Origin: Ilumatobacteraceae bacterium
Lineage (GTDB): Bacteria > Actinomycetota > Acidimicrobiia > Acidimicrobiales > Ilumatobacteraceae
NCBI GenBank assembly: GCA_031416375.1
Contig: JANOTN010000098.1
Location: 1-53,287, forward strand
Length of the DNA: 53,287 bases
Reading direction: 5' to 3'
Numbering within the stretch: position 1 is the stretch's first letter; each line of letters begins with the position of its first letter. Below, piece after piece: positions 10,252-20,869 of the stretch. The notes under the pieces were generated by a model. That model was not told the DNA's origin and ran no database searches. It saw nothing but the letters and a program-made list of their open reading frames with translations. Both the position numbers and the translations under genes were made by a program.

Positions 10252-11580
10252 ATGGCTCCAGCAAACAAGCCCCGCCACTTTGTGGTTGACGGGTCGAACA
10301 TCGCCACCGAAGGTCGCACGCAACCCAGCCTCAACCAGTTGAACGAGGCGGTGATGGCGTTCATGCAGGACTACCCCGGCTCGATCATCACCGTCGTCGT
10401 GGACGCCACGTTCGGGCATCGAATCGACAAGAAAGAGGCGTCCGAGTTCGATGAGGCAGTCGCCAACAACGAACTCGTCACCCCTCCTGCAGGTGCGATT
10501 GGGCGTGGGGATGCGTTCGTACTGACGATCGCCAACAAGGCCAATGCTGATGTGTTGTCGAATGACTCGTTCCAGGAGTTCCACGGCAAGTACGAATGGT
10601 TGTTCGACGAAGGCCGACTGATCGGCGGTAAGCCGGTTCCACATGTCGGTTGGGTGTTCGTCGACCGCAATCCGGTTCGCGGGCCGAAGAGTCGGATGGC
10701 AGTGCGTGAAGCCAAGAAGACCGATGACCAGCCGGCGTCGAGTCCTCAGGGCGGCGGTCGCGGCCGAAGCCGTCGCAGCACTAGCGCGACGTCCGATGGT
10801 GCTGGTGTCGCCACGCCCAAGGTCGCCACGCCCAAGGTCGCCACGCCGAAGGTTGTCGCCCCGATGGCCCCGCCACCCGAACCGAAGTCCGCCCCGCCCG
10901 GGCGTGGCCCCGTCAATCAACTGATGCCGTTCCTTGAATTCGTTGAGCGCCATCCCGTCGGTACTAGTTGCACCGCTGTTGTCGAGATCTATGCCTCGCA
11001 CGGGGCGTACGCCCGCGTTGGCGATGTGCTGGTGTATATCCCCCTACGACTGATGGCCGATCCCGCCCCGCGTAGCGCTCGATCGGCGTTGAATCTCGGG
11101 GATGCACTCGCCGTAGTGATCGTCGGATACGTCGCCGAGCGTCGGAGTATCGACGCTGCGCTGCCGGCAATGGCGGCCAGCGAGGTCACGGTGCTCGACG
11201 CACACGTTCCGGTCAAAAAGCGGGCGGCTCGCAAGCCGGCCGCCGCACCCGCAGCCGTCGAAGCGGGCCCGCCGAAGCGATCACGAAAGAAGCCGGTCGC
11301 GGTGACGACGGCTGTCGAGTCGATGCCCGTCGAACCAGTCATCGTTGAACCGGTCATCGTTGAACCGGCACGAGCGAAGACACGGGCCCGGAAACCAGTT
11401 CCGAAGCCAGTGTCACCGCCGCCAGCCAGACCAAAGCCCGTCAAGCAGGCGGCTGCGAAGAAGGCTGCTGGTCAGAAGACTCCTGCACACAAGGCTCCCG
11501 CACAGAAGACTCCTGCACAGAAGGTGGCCGCCAACAACGTCGCCGCCAAAAAGGCGGTTACCAAGAAGGTCGGCTCATGA
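10252..11580 (+). CDS. NYN/PIN (Zc3h12a/Regnase-like) RNase domain + S1-like RNA-binding domain + Lys/Ala/Pro-rich tail
   Basis: VVDGSNIA, VVVDA, GRGDAFVL, VLSNDSFQEF acidic PIN residues; S1-like PVG...SHGAYARVG...IPL...LNLGD...RRSID; basic repetitive C-terminus. Confidence 0.75.
   Translation: MAPANKPRHFVVDGSNIATEGRTQPSLNQLNEAVMAFMQDYPGSIITVVVDATFGHRIDKKEASEFDEAVANNELVTPPAGAIGRGDAFVLTIANKANADVLSNDSFQEFHGKYEWLFDEGRLIGGKPVPHVGWVFVDRNPVRGPKSRMAVREAKKTDDQPASSPQGGGRGRSRRSTSATSDGAGVATPKVATPKVATPKVVAPMAPPPEPKSAPPGRGPVNQLMPFLEFVERHPVGTSCTAVVEIYASHGAYARVGDVLVYIPLRLMADPAPRSARSALNLGDALAVVIVGYVAERRSIDAALPAMAASEVTVLDAHVPVKKRAARKPAAAPAAVEAGPPKRSRKKPVAVTTAVESMPVEPVIVEPVIVEPARAKTRARKPVPKPVSPPPARPKPVKQAAAKKAAGQKTPAHKAPAQKTPAQKVAANNVAAKKAVTKKVGS
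10807..10851 (+). repeat. Coding tandem repeat (GTCGCCACGCCSAAG)x3 = VATPK x3
   Basis: Three 15-nt units, one synonymous mismatch. Confidence 0.9.
11332..11565 (+). repeat. Degenerate 15-nt coding repeats (EPVIV x2; K-x-P-A-Q/H pentapeptides) in the basic tail
   Basis: GAACCRGTCATCGTT x2 at 11332-11361; AAGRCTCCYGCACAS units within 11461-11520. Confidence 0.75.
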
Positions 11581-12356
11581 TGCGCGTCGTCACGTGGAAC
11601 GTCAACTCACTCCGAGTTCGGATGGAACGAGTCGAGGCGTGGCTCACCGAGGTGCAGCCCGACGTCGTCTGCATGCAGGAAACCAAACTCGCCGACGACG
11701 GCTTCCCGGCCTTGACGTTCGAGGCGCTTGGCTATCAGACGGCACACTACGGCCAGGGACAGTGGAACGGTGTTGCGATCCTGTCGAAGGTCGGTCTCGA
11801 CGATGTCGTCGCCAACTTCGCGCCCGGTATCGAGCCGGACCCGGACGCTCGAATCATCACGGCGACATGTGGTGGTGTCCGGATCTCAAGCGTCTACGTA
11901 CCAAACGGACGCTCGCTTGATGATGATCACTACCAGTACAAGCTGAGCTGGCTCGATCGCCTGTTGGATCACCTCGGGCGAGATACGTCGTCCGCCGATG
12001 ACGTGATTGTGACCGGCGACTTCAACATCGCCCCCGAGGATCGCGACGTCTACGACCCGCGCAAGTTCGTCGGAGCAACGCATGTCAGCCAACCCGAGCG
12101 TGATCGCTTAGACGCCCTGCTGGATTGGGGACTCACCGATCTGTTCCGGCATCAGCATCCGGATCGCAACGATGTGTATTCGTGGTGGGATTATCGGGCA
12201 GGCGACTTTCACATGGGTCGTGGTCTCCGAATCGACCTCGTGCTCGGTTCTGAGTCGGTTAAGCAACGATGCGAGTGGAGCACGGTCGACCGCAACGCCC
12301 GAAAGGGTGAAAAGCCGAGCGATCACGCCCCCGTAGTCGTCGACCTAGGAGATTGA
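11577..12356 (+). CDS. xth: Exodeoxyribonuclease III / AP endonuclease
   Basis: TWNVNS, QETK, SVYVPNG, GDFNIA, YSWWDYR, GLRID, SDHAPV. Confidence 0.95.
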   Translation: MMRVVTWNVNSLRVRMERVEAWLTEVQPDVVCMQETKLADDGFPALTFEALGYQTAHYGQGQWNGVAILSKVGLDDVVANFAPGIEPDPDARIITATCGGVRISSVYVPNGRSLDDDHYQYKLSWLDRLLDHLGRDTSSADDVIVTGDFNIAPEDRDVYDPRKFVGATHVSQPERDRLDALLDWGLTDLFRHQHPDRNDVYSWWDYRAGDFHMGRGLRIDLVLGSESVKQRCEWSTVDRNARKGEKPSDHAPVVVDLGD

Positions 12357-14243
12357 TTCGGGCGTCAACGCGGTAGCGATTCCTTCGTAGAGGCGGCGCG
12401 ACGTAATTGCGCCGAAACCGGTGACCTCGTCAAGTTCGTCGGCCGTCGTGGGCCGATGGGCGGCTATCAAGGCCAGGGTCTGGTCGCTGCAGATCGCGTC
12501 TGGAACGATGCCACTCACTCTGGCGACGTTGGCGCGCCATGCACGGAGCCGATCGATTGCGACGAGTCGATCGCTCTTGTGAAGTCCGCGTAGCTCGATT
12601 GGAGGGCCTGTCGTGACCGCAGACTCACTTGCGAACCCCGCCAACAGCGGGGTCAGTTTGCGTTGGTATCCGCCTCGCCGTTGTGCCCAGTTGACGTGCA
12701 GCAGATCGGTCGCCCGTGTGAGGGCGACATACAGCAACCGGGTCTCTTCCGCCTTGGCAGCGTTCGTCGATGCGGAGCGATGTGGCACGAGACTGGTTTC
12801 GCAACCGATCAGGAACACACAATGCCATTCGAGCCCCTTGGCACGGTGAAACGTCAGCACATCGACGCCAGGTTCGTCGCCACCAAACGGGTCGGTCGTC
12901 GAAACCCAACTGCGAAAGGCAACACCGTCACCAGTGGGCTGCTCGCGCAGGAAGGTCATCGCCGCCGCCGCAACCTCCGCCTCCGGCGACACGAGGGCAC
13001 CCTCCGGCATGCTTCCCGACTTGGATTGAGCGGTTTCGAACTCGTCGTACGCCCATCGACGGAACTGGTTGGCGTCGCTGTTGCGGTATGCCGCTGCGAG
13101 CACAGGGGTGAGCACCGAGCCAGCACCATCGACAATCCGACGGATGGGGATCCCGGCTGCGGTCAGGGCGGCTCGGATGGGGATGAGCACGGCATTGGTT
13201 CGTCCGAGCACGGCGACGTTGTTGGTTCTGATCACGGTTGGGTCGAGGCGTGCGATCCGAGAAGCGATCGCCGTCGCCTCGGCTTGGTCATCTTCGTGGT
13301 CGGCCATCGAGACGGCCGGTCCATCAGGTCGTGCCGAGCGAACGTCGGTGGTCTGGCCGTCTGCGTGCAGGACATGCGCACCTGCCTCGACGACCTGCGG
13401 CGTGCAACGGTGGTTGACCGGCAACCGGATAATTTCGATTCCAGGGAATCGCTCGGCGACGTCGAGTAGCAGCGTTGGGTCAGAGCCGTTGAATCCGTAG
13501 ATCGCCTGCGCCGGGTCGCCGACGATGAACAGGTCATCGCGGCCGCGCCTGAGCAGATCGACCAGCCGATGTTGAAGCGGGTTGAGGTCTTGAGCTTCAT
13601 CGACGAGCACATGCCGGTATCGCCACCGAACCGTCTCGGCGAAATCGGCGTGACGTTCCATCTCGTCGATGGTGAGCGAGAGTAAGTCGTCGAGGTCGAC
13701 CAGTCCACGATTTCGTTTCTCTCGCTGATACTTGGCCAACGCGTCCGCCACGCGACCTGCGTCGATCAGCGAGCGGCGCTGCGCCTTTCGCCCGGCCGAT
13801 TCGTACTCGCTCGGCTTGACGCCGCGTGCGGTTGCCCAATCCATGTCGGCGACGAGATCATCGAGCCCCGCACGACCCATCAGATCAGCGACGACACGTC
13901 GCCGGTCATTGAGAATCGTCGGTAACGGCTTGCCCTGGTCGAGCCAGCGCTGTCGCAACAAGCCTTGCGAAACGGAGTGGAACGTACCTGCCGTGATCCG
14001 TTCGGTGAGACCGAGCCGTGGGAGCCGTCGCCGCAATTCGCCGGCAGCTTCCCGGGTGAACGTGAGTACGACGGTGTGGCTCGTGTCGGCGGTACCGGTG
14101 GCAATCCGGTAGGCGATTCTCCGGGTGAGTACCCGAGTCTTGCCAGATCCTGCACCGGCGATCACGGCGACCAATTGTGAGTCGGTGGTGACGGCGCGAC
14201 GCTGATCGGCGTCGAGATCTGCCAACAGGTCGTTCGGGTCCAC
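12345..14243 (-). CDS. uvrD2: ATP-dependent DNA helicase, UvrD2-type with C-terminal HRDC domain
   Basis: AGAGSGKT, LVDEAQD, VGDPAQAIYGFNG, TFHRAKGLEW, LLYVALTRA; HRDC-like LRAWR...SDQTL...P. Confidence 0.85.
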   Translation of the reverse strand: MDPNDLLADLDADQRRAVTTDSQLVAVIAGAGSGKTRVLTRRIAYRIATGTADTSHTVVLTFTREAAGELRRRLPRLGLTERITAGTFHSVSQGLLRQRWLDQGKPLPTILNDRRRVVADLMGRAGLDDLVADMDWATARGVKPSEYESAGRKAQRRSLIDAGRVADALAKYQREKRNRGLVDLDDLLSLTIDEMERHADFAETVRWRYRHVLVDEAQDLNPLQHRLVDLLRRGRDDLFIVGDPAQAIYGFNGSDPTLLLDVAERFPGIEIIRLPVNHRCTPQVVEAGAHVLHADGQTTDVRSARPDGPAVSMADHEDDQAEATAIASRIARLDPTVIRTNNVAVLGRTNAVLIPIRAALTAAGIPIRRIVDGAGSVLTPVLAAAYRNSDANQFRRWAYDEFETAQSKSGSMPEGALVSPEAEVAAAAMTFLREQPTGDGVAFRSWVSTTDPFGGDEPGVDVLTFHRAKGLEWHCVFLIGCETSLVPHRSASTNAAKAEETRLLYVALTRATDLLHVNWAQRRGGYQRKLTPLLAGFASESAVTTGPPIELRGLHKSDRLVAIDRLRAWRANVARVSGIVPDAICSDQTLALIAAHRPTTADELDEVTGFGAITSRRLYEGIATALTPESIS

Positions 14244-14249
14244 GCCGTA

Positions 14250-14259
14250 ACGGTACTGT
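14250..14259. promoter_or_regulatory. Back-to-back overlapping -10 hexamers for divergent leaderless uvrD2 and PH-domain genes
   Basis: TACTGT (+, 14254-14259) is 7 nt before ATG 14267; TACCGT (-, 14250-14255) is 6 nt before GTG 14243; the intergenic gap is 23 nt. Confidence 0.6.
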
Positions 14260-14266
14260 TCGGTTC

Positions 14267-14887
14267 ATGCCGTATCCGAAGAAGCTGCTGAATGACTACG
14301 AAACTGTTGCGCTGGACCTCCACCCACACTGGTGGTCGTTCGCCAACCCTGTGATTGCCGTGATCGTGGCGAGCATCCTCGGGATCTTGTCGTTGACGAT
14401 GATCGATGACGATTCCGATGCCGCCAAGCCGGTTCGCTGGCTCGCTTTGATCCTGGTTGTGGTAGCGGCACTGTGGCTGCTACTCCGATACGTGAAATGG
14501 GCGACCACCAACTTTGTGATCACGAGCGACCGAATCATCTACCGACACGGTGTGATCGCCAAGAGCGGGATCGAAATTCCGCTCGAACGTGTCAACAACG
14601 TATTGTTCAACCAGTCGATCTTCGAGCGAGTGCTCGGGTCTGGCGACTTGCTGATCGAGTCTGGCGGCGAGAGCGGTCAGCAGCGCTTCACTGACATCAA
14701 GCGTCCGCAGCGGGTGCAGAACTTGATCCATTCCCAGATGGAGTCCAACGAGAAGCGCCATTTCAACCCAGGATCTGGCGGTGGCGACGTCGCCTCGCAG
14801 CTGGAAAAGCTTGAAGGCATGCTCGAACGCGGCACCGTCACTCCCGCCGAATTCGAAGCCCAGAAACGCAAATTGCTCGACGGTTGA
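14267..14887 (+). CDS. Bacterial PH-domain membrane protein with C-terminal SHOCT
   Basis: HPHW, two TM helices, ITSDRIIYRHGVI...IPLERV...Q...GSGDLLIES; LEKL...GTVTPAEFEAQKRKLL. Confidence 0.85.
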   Translation: MPYPKKLLNDYETVALDLHPHWWSFANPVIAVIVASILGILSLTMIDDDSDAAKPVRWLALILVVVAALWLLLRYVKWATTNFVITSDRIIYRHGVIAKSGIEIPLERVNNVLFNQSIFERVLGSGDLLIESGGESGQQRFTDIKRPQRVQNLIHSQMESNEKRHFNPGSGGGDVASQLEKLEGMLERGTVTPAEFEAQKRKLLDG

Positions 14888-14920
14888 TCAACTCCGATTT
14901 CGGCGTGCCACACTCGGGTC

Positions 14921-15832
14921 ATGACGCGAGCGCTGATCCCGAATGAGATTGAACTGGAATACGACACGTTCGGATCGCAAGACGATCCGACGCTGCTGCT
15001 GGTGATGGGACTCGGTGCCCAGATGATCGTCTGGGATGACCGGTTTTGCCGGCAACTCGCTGACGGGGGCCGATACGTCGTTCGTTTCGACAACCGCGAT
15101 GTCGGTCACTCGACCAAGTTCGATGGTCAGTTCGTGGACGTGATGGCCCTGGTCGCTGCGATGTTCGCTCGCTCGCCGATGCCCGACGTGCCGTACCTAC
15201 TGTCCGATATGGCGGCTGACGCGATCGGCCTGCTCGATCACCTTGGTGTCGCACGTGCCCACGTGGTCGGTGCATCAATGGGCGGAATGATTGTCCAAAC
15301 GTTGGCGATCGAGCACCCGAATCGATTGTTGAGTGCCACGTCGATCATGTCGACGATCGGTGATGTGACATACGGATCGCCGGATCCGGAGGCACTCACG
15401 ATGCTGCTCGCACCCCCGCCCGCCAACCGCGACGAGGCGATCGCGCAGGCCGCCAACTACGCCATCGTCGGCTCGAAGCGGTACTTCGACCTCAGCCGAC
15501 TCCAGCAACTCGTGGCGGCGTGCTTCGACCGCAACTCGTATGCCGAGGGCGTCAGTCGGCATGTTGCCGCTATCTGCGCCAGCGGCGATCGAACCGAGGC
15601 GTTGCGGCAGGTGACGGTGCCGATGTTGGTGATCCACGGTCTCGACGACGCCCTGATCAACCCGAGCGGAGGTCGTAGGACTGCTGAACTCGTGCCCGGG
15701 GCACACCTGTTGGAGGTCGCCGATATGGGTCACGACATGCCTGAGCAGCTCTGGCCGTTGTTGACCTCATCGATCCTTGCTCACCAGACGACCGCAACAT
15801 CCGGATCGGATTTGGTCGAGGCAACGTCGTGA
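14921..15832 (+). CDS. Alpha/beta hydrolase (esterase/lipase-like)
   Basis: VMGLG, FDNRDVG, GASMGG nucleophile elbow, IHGLDD, MGHD. Confidence 0.9.
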   Translation: MTRALIPNEIELEYDTFGSQDDPTLLLVMGLGAQMIVWDDRFCRQLADGGRYVVRFDNRDVGHSTKFDGQFVDVMALVAAMFARSPMPDVPYLLSDMAADAIGLLDHLGVARAHVVGASMGGMIVQTLAIEHPNRLLSATSIMSTIGDVTYGSPDPEALTMLLAPPPANRDEAIAQAANYAIVGSKRYFDLSRLQQLVAACFDRNSYAEGVSRHVAAICASGDRTEALRQVTVPMLVIHGLDDALINPSGGRRTAELVPGAHLLEVADMGHDMPEQLWPLLTSSILAHQTTATSGSDLVEATS

Positions 15833-16986
15833 CCGGGCCGCTCGCCGGCTATCGGGTCGTCGAAATCGCGGGGATCGGGCCAGGGCCGTTTGCGGCGATG
15901 ATGCTCGCAGACATGGGGGCCGAAGTGATCCGAGTTGATCGATCAGGGTCAGTCACCGGTCCCGCGCCTGACGCAGTTCATCCTGACCTTCTGCGACGCG
16001 GCCGACGCAACATCGCTGTTGATCTGAAACACCCCGACGGAGTCGCCGCCCTGCTCGATCTTGTCGCAGGTGCCGACGCCTTGATCGAGGGGTTCCGGCC
16101 TGGCGTGATGGAGCGGCTCGGCGTCGGACCCGACGAATGTTTGGCCCGGAATCGGAAGTTGGTGTTCGGTCGGATGACCGGCTGGGGCCAGGGCGGGCCG
16201 TATGCGCTCGCAGCGGGGCACGACATCAACTACATCTCGCTGGCCGGTGCGCTGGCGCATTTTGGTCGCGCTGGTGGCCCTCCCACGCCGCCGATGAACC
16301 TGGTCGGAGACTTCGGTGGCGGTGGCATGCTGCTGGCATTTGGTATCACCTGCGGTCTGCTCGAGGCGCACAAGAGCGGCCAGGGTCAAGTCGTCGACGC
16401 CGCCATGATCGACGGGTCAGCGATCCTGATGACGATGTTTTGGGCATTTCACCACATGGGGATTCACGACATCTCGAAGCGAGGCGTCAACATGCTCGAC
16501 ACCGGAGCGCACTACTACGACGTGTACGAATGTTCCGACGGTGAGTACATCTCGATCGGTTCGATCGAGCCACAGTTCTACGCCGAACTGTTGCGGCTGA
16601 CGGGCCTTACCGATGATCCCCGGTTCGCCGCTCAGCAGGATCACGCGCAATGGCCGCTACTCAAGCAGGAACTGACCGCTGTATTCGTGTCGAGATCGCG
16701 TGACGAATGGTGCGCGATCATGGAGCACACCGACGTGTGTTTTGCTCCGGTGCTGCGGATGGATGAGGCGGCGCGGCACCCGCACAACGTCGAGCGGTCA
16801 ACGTTTGTCGATGCGTTCGGGTACACGCAGCCCGCCCCGGCACCTCGGTTCAGCCGAACGGAAGCCGAGCTCGATCAGCCACCGGCGCACCCCGGTGAGC
16901 ACACGACTGCCATTCTGGCCGATTGGGGATTCCCGACGTCACGGATCGATGAGTTGGTCGCCTCCGGCGCAGTCAGGCAGGCGTGA
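15829..16986 (+). CDS. CaiB/BaiF family III CoA-transferase / alpha-methylacyl-CoA racemase-like
   Basis: AGIGPGPF, EGFRPGVMERLG, AGHDINY, NLVGDFGGG. Confidence 0.9.
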   Translation: MTGPLAGYRVVEIAGIGPGPFAAMMLADMGAEVIRVDRSGSVTGPAPDAVHPDLLRRGRRNIAVDLKHPDGVAALLDLVAGADALIEGFRPGVMERLGVGPDECLARNRKLVFGRMTGWGQGGPYALAAGHDINYISLAGALAHFGRAGGPPTPPMNLVGDFGGGGMLLAFGITCGLLEAHKSGQGQVVDAAMIDGSAILMTMFWAFHHMGIHDISKRGVNMLDTGAHYYDVYECSDGEYISIGSIEPQFYAELLRLTGLTDDPRFAAQQDHAQWPLLKQELTAVFVSRSRDEWCAIMEHTDVCFAPVLRMDEAARHPHNVERSTFVDAFGYTQPAPAPRFSRTEAELDQPPAHPGEHTTAILADWGFPTSRIDELVASGAVRQA

Positions 16987-17804
16987 TGGGAACGCTCGTC
17001 TGTTTCCACGCTCACCCCGACGATGAGGCGATCTCGACGGGCGGATCGATGGCGCGCGCCGCCGCCGAGGGTCATCGGGTTGTCCTCGTGGTTGCGACCG
17101 ATGGCCGCCACGGCGAGGTTCCCGAAGATCTCGGTGATTACGACACGCTGCAACTGCGTCGTCGTCGAGAAACTGACGCCTCAGCCGTCGCGCTCGGTGT
17201 CTCACGTGTCGAGTTTCTCGGCTACCACGACTCGGGGATGACTGGTTGGGAAGCCAACGATCACGTTGATTCGTTCTGGCAGGCGAATCTCGACGAGGCG
17301 GCAGGACGTTTGGCAGAGATCCTGCTCCAAGAGCAGGCCGACGTGTTGACGTCGTACGACTGGCATGGCAACTACGGGCACCCGGATCACGTCAAAATCC
17401 ATCGTGTTGCCAATCGAACCAAGCAACTCGTGGTCGACGAGTTGCTTGGCCTGCGTGTGTTCGAAGCAACAATGAACCGCGATGAGATGGCGCGACAGAT
17501 AGCCATGATGCGCGAGATGGGTGCCGACGACTTCGGGTCGCCCGAAGAACCGTTCGACCCAAACGGCCCGATGGATGACGGCAATCCAATGGGCACGCCG
17601 GAATCGGAGCTGACGATGCGTGTCGATGTTTCCGGGTACGTCGCGCAGAAACGACGATCGATCGCGGCGCACACCAGCCAGGTCTCAGATTCCAGTTTCT
17701 TCTTACAGATGCCACACGAGGCATTCGCGATCGCGTTCGGAACCGAGTGGTTCATCGAACACGGTGTCGAGCCCGGCCCGCAACCGGGTTGGTTTTTCGA
17801 TTGA
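16986..17804 (+). CDS. PIG-L family deacetylase (MshB/Mca-like)
   Basis: FHAHPDDE, YHDSGM, YGHPDH, AAHTSQ. Confidence 0.85.
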   Translation: MGTLVCFHAHPDDEAISTGGSMARAAAEGHRVVLVVATDGRHGEVPEDLGDYDTLQLRRRRETDASAVALGVSRVEFLGYHDSGMTGWEANDHVDSFWQANLDEAAGRLAEILLQEQADVLTSYDWHGNYGHPDHVKIHRVANRTKQLVVDELLGLRVFEATMNRDEMARQIAMMREMGADDFGSPEEPFDPNGPMDDGNPMGTPESELTMRVDVSGYVAQKRRSIAAHTSQVSDSSFFLQMPHEAFAIAFGTEWFIEHGVEPGPQPGWFFD

Positions 17805-17859
17805 TGCTGGCGGTCGGTCGGCGCGGTGATGCGCTGAAAAGCGAGCTGGTTCCACCACA

Positions 17860-18684
17860 ATGACGGACATGTTTCGGTTGTCGGGTTCCGCCCGAGCGCA
17901 CCTCGTTGTGTTGGTCATTGCTTCGGGGCTGGTGGCCGGTTGCGCGCAGTCCGACGGTGATGGTGTACCGACACCTCCCTCTCTGACCTTCGAGACGGTA
18001 GTTGAAGGCACTGCTGAAGGCACGTTGAGCGACACCCTGAGTGACATAGCCAGTTCGACTGATCCAGACCTCAGCGCGACTACGGATGATTCGAGTGTGA
18101 CCGCTGAGCCGACGGTTGCTTCGGCACAAGAGACTGTCCCCCCGCCACCGACCTCACTGGCACCCGCCACGACGACGGAACCGGTCGCCATTCAGGAGTT
18201 GTTACTCCGCGGGGATGGGATCGGATCAGCGGTGTTCGGTGCAGCCCCCGATGGTGTGATCGAGTACGTCACATCCTTGCTCGGTGGCACCACGGCCGAT
18301 ACAGGCTGGGTTGACCCGTTTACGTTCGCGGCGTGTGAAGGCACGACCGTTCGTCGAGTCGATTGGGGCGTGCTCTCGTTGCTCTTCGGTGATCTCTCTG
18401 AGGTCGCCAATGGTCGGGAGCACTTCCTCGCTTGGGAATACGGCAGAATCGGCGAGCTCGGTGACGAGCCGGTTGGTTTGCGGACCCCCGGCGGAACCAC
18501 GCTCGGTTCTCCAATTGTCGACCTGTTGGCAGAGTTCCCAGATGTGAGTCTGAACCCTGGTGAAGAGGATCTCAATAGTCCGCCAAACTTCTACGTCAGT
18601 GACAGCTTCCGCGGTCTGCTCACGGGGATCTCCGATGACGAAGTCGTGACGGTGATCTTTGGAGGGCGCGGTTGCGGCGAGTGA
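17860..18684 (+). CDS. Putative lipoprotein with Thr/Pro-rich linker
   Basis: Lipobox LVAGC after a hydrophobic stretch; low-complexity linker; globular C-terminal domain. Confidence 0.65.
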   Translation: MTDMFRLSGSARAHLVVLVIASGLVAGCAQSDGDGVPTPPSLTFETVVEGTAEGTLSDTLSDIASSTDPDLSATTDDSSVTAEPTVASAQETVPPPPTSLAPATTTEPVAIQELLLRGDGIGSAVFGAAPDGVIEYVTSLLGGTTADTGWVDPFTFAACEGTTVRRVDWGVLSLLFGDLSEVANGREHFLAWEYGRIGELGDEPVGLRTPGGTTLGSPIVDLLAEFPDVSLNPGEEDLNSPPNFYVSDSFRGLLTGISDDEVVTVIFGGRGCGE

Positions 18685-18694
18685 GCACCGGCTG

Positions 18695-19057
18695 GTGAGG
18701 CTCCATGACGCCCACGAGGTCAATGGGTGGTTGCTGATCGGATTCAATGCGCTGGCGGGTGTGGCGTGTCTTGTCGGCTATCGATGGTCGGCCCTGCGTG
18801 GCCGAACGATCTGGACGCTCGTGATCGTCGCTCAGCTGACAACGTTCGTGCAGGCAACGCTCGGCACCGTGCTGTTTCGCCGACCGGGTGTCGAACGCAG
18901 CGATATGCACGCGCTCTACGGCTTCTCGGCGATCATCGCCGTGGCAATCATGTACAGCTATCGAACCAGCCCGTTCATGAAGGGTAAGGAGTTGTTGCTG
19001 TACGGGGTCGGCAGCTTGTTCGTGATGGGATTAGGACTCCGCAACCTCGTCCTCTAA
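18695..19057 (+). CDS. Hypothetical membrane protein (about 4 TM)
   Basis: Four hydrophobic segments, HALYG motif; start uncertain. Confidence 0.6.
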   Translation: MRLHDAHEVNGWLLIGFNALAGVACLVGYRWSALRGRTIWTLVIVAQLTTFVQATLGTVLFRRPGVERSDMHALYGFSAIIAVAIMYSYRTSPFMKGKELLLYGVGSLFVMGLGLRNLVL

Positions 19058-19072
19058 CCGCCAGAAACGGGG

Positions 19073-20869
19073 TTACTTGGCGAGTTGGGATTCGAGTTTG
19101 TCGACGGCTGCGTGGAGTTGTAGCGGAAGCCGATCGCCGAACTGGGCGAAGTGTTCGCGGATCTGCGGGATCACCTGACGCCACCCGTCGCCGTTGAGCC
19201 TCGTGATCTCGGCGAGGTCCTCGTCGGTGATCTCAAGTCCCTTGAGATCGAGCCCGCCGGGAGCCGGAAGTCGCCCGATCGCCGTGTCGATTGCCTCTGT
19301 CGTGCCGGCAACTCGTTCGAATACCCACTTCAGGACTCGGCTGTTCTCGCCGTAGCCGGGCCACAGGTAGCGACCGTCGTCGTCCTTCCTGAACCAGTTG
19401 ACGAAGAAGATCCTTGGCAGGTTGGAGGCGTCGGTCGATTCGCCGATCTTGAACCAGTGGGCGAAGTAGTCGGCGTAGTTGTAGCCGCAGAACGGCAGCA
19501 TTGCCATCGGATCGAACCGCAGCTTTCCGACGGCACCCTGCTGCGCGGCGGTTGTCTCAGACGCCATGATCGAACCCAGGAACACGCCGTGCTCCCAGTC
19601 GAACGCCTCGGTGACCAGCGGCACGGTGGTGCGTCGGCGGCCACCGAACAGAATCGCCGAGATCGGTACGCCATTTGGGTCTTGCCACTCCGATGCGATC
19701 GACGGGCATTGCGAGGCGGGAGCGGTGAATCGAGCGTTCGGATGTGCTGCGGGTGTGTCGGCCTCCGGAGTCCAGGCGTTGCCGCGCCAGTCGATTGCCC
19801 GCGCCGGGGGAGTGTCACTCATCCCTTCCCACCACACGTCGCCCTGGTCGGTGAGTGCAGTGTTGGTGTAGATGCAGTTACCCCAGAGGGTTTCCATGGC
19901 GTTGGCATTGGTGTCGTATCCGGTTCCGGGAGCGACGCCGAAGAATCCGGCCTCCGGGTTGATTGCGTAGAGCCGGCCATCGTCGCCGAACTTCATCCAG
20001 CAAATGTCGTCGCCGATCGTTTCGGCCTTCCAGCCCGGAATCGTCGGCACGAGCATCGCCAAGTTGGTCTTGCCGCATGCAGATGGAAAGGCGGCGGCGA
20101 TGAACTTCGATTCGCCGACCGGATTGGTGAGCTTGAGGATCAACATGTGCTCAGCGAGCCAGCCGTCGTCGCGGGCCATCACCGAAGCGATTCGCAGCGC
20201 GAAGCACTTCTTGCCGAGCAGGGCGTTGCCGCCGTACCCCGACCCGTACGACCAAATCTCGCGAGTGCCGGGGAAGTGCACGATGTACTTGTTGTCCGAA
20301 TTGCACGGCCAGGCGACATCGGTTTCACCTGCGGCGAGCGGTGCCCCGACAGAATGCAGACACGGAACCCAGTTGCCGTTGGTGCCGAGCACGTCGAGCG
20401 CGGCCTGGCCCATCCGGGTCATGATCCGCATCGATACGGCGACATATGCCGAGTCGGTCAACTGCACGCCGATGTGGGCGATCGGGGACCCGAGTGGGCC
20501 CATCGAGAATGGAACGACGTACATCGTTCGGCCTGCCATTGCCCCGGTGTAGAGCGCAGTCATCTCAGCGCGCATCTCGGCGGGGTCGCGCCAGTTGTTG
20601 TTGGGCCCGGCTTCGTCAGCGGTTGGCGAGCAGATGAACGTACGGTCTTCCACGCGGGCCACGTCGCCTGGGTCGGAGTGTGCCCAATAGCTGTTGGGGC
20701 GCTTAGCTTCGTCGAGTCGGGTGAACGTGCCTGATGCGACCAGTTCAGCGGCGAGCCGGTCGTACTCGTCGGCACCACCGTCGCACCAGTAGACAGCGTC
20801 GGGCTGCATCACGGCTGCCCAGTCGGCGACCCACTGCTTCAAACGTTCGTTCGTCGAAGTACCACTCAT
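19073..20869 (-). CDS. pckG: Phosphoenolpyruvate carboxykinase (GTP)
   Basis: [51 protein letters not shown]. Confidence 0.97.
   Translation of the reverse strand: MSGTSTNERLKQWVADWAAVMQPDAVYWCDGGADEYDRLAAELVASGTFTRLDEAKRPNSYWAHSDPGDVARVEDRTFICSPTADEAGPNNNWRDPAEMRAEMTALYTGAMAGRTMYVVPFSMGPLGSPIAHIGVQLTDSAYVAVSMRIMTRMGQAALDVLGTNGNWVPCLHSVGAPLAAGETDVAWPCNSDNKYIVHFPGTREIWSYGSGYGGNALLGKKCFALRIASVMARDDGWLAEHMLILKLTNPVGESKFIAAAFPSACGKTNLAMLVPTIPGWKAETIGDDICWMKFGDDGRLYAINPEAGFFGVAPGTGYDTNANAMETLWGNCIYTNTALTDQGDVWWEGMSDTPPARAIDWRGNAWTPEADTPAAHPNARFTAPASQCPSIASEWQDPNGVPISAILFGGRRRTTVPLVTEAFDWEHGVFLGSIMASETTAAQQGAVGKLRFDPMAMLPFCGYNYADYFAHWFKIGESTDASNLPRIFFVNWFRKDDDGRYLWPGYGENSRVLKWVFERVAGTTEAIDTAIGRLPAPGGLDLKGLEITDEDLAEITRLNGDGWRQVIPQIREHFAQFGDRLPLQLHAAVDKLESQLAK

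Noticed and set aside
10174-11001. N-terminal extension of the HAD ORF with RGDLG repeats
   Set aside because: Reverse complement of the VATPK repeat and the NYN gene; the HAD domain starts near ATG 10173
19151-20734. 527-aa + strand ORF
   Set aside because: Antisense shadow of pckG
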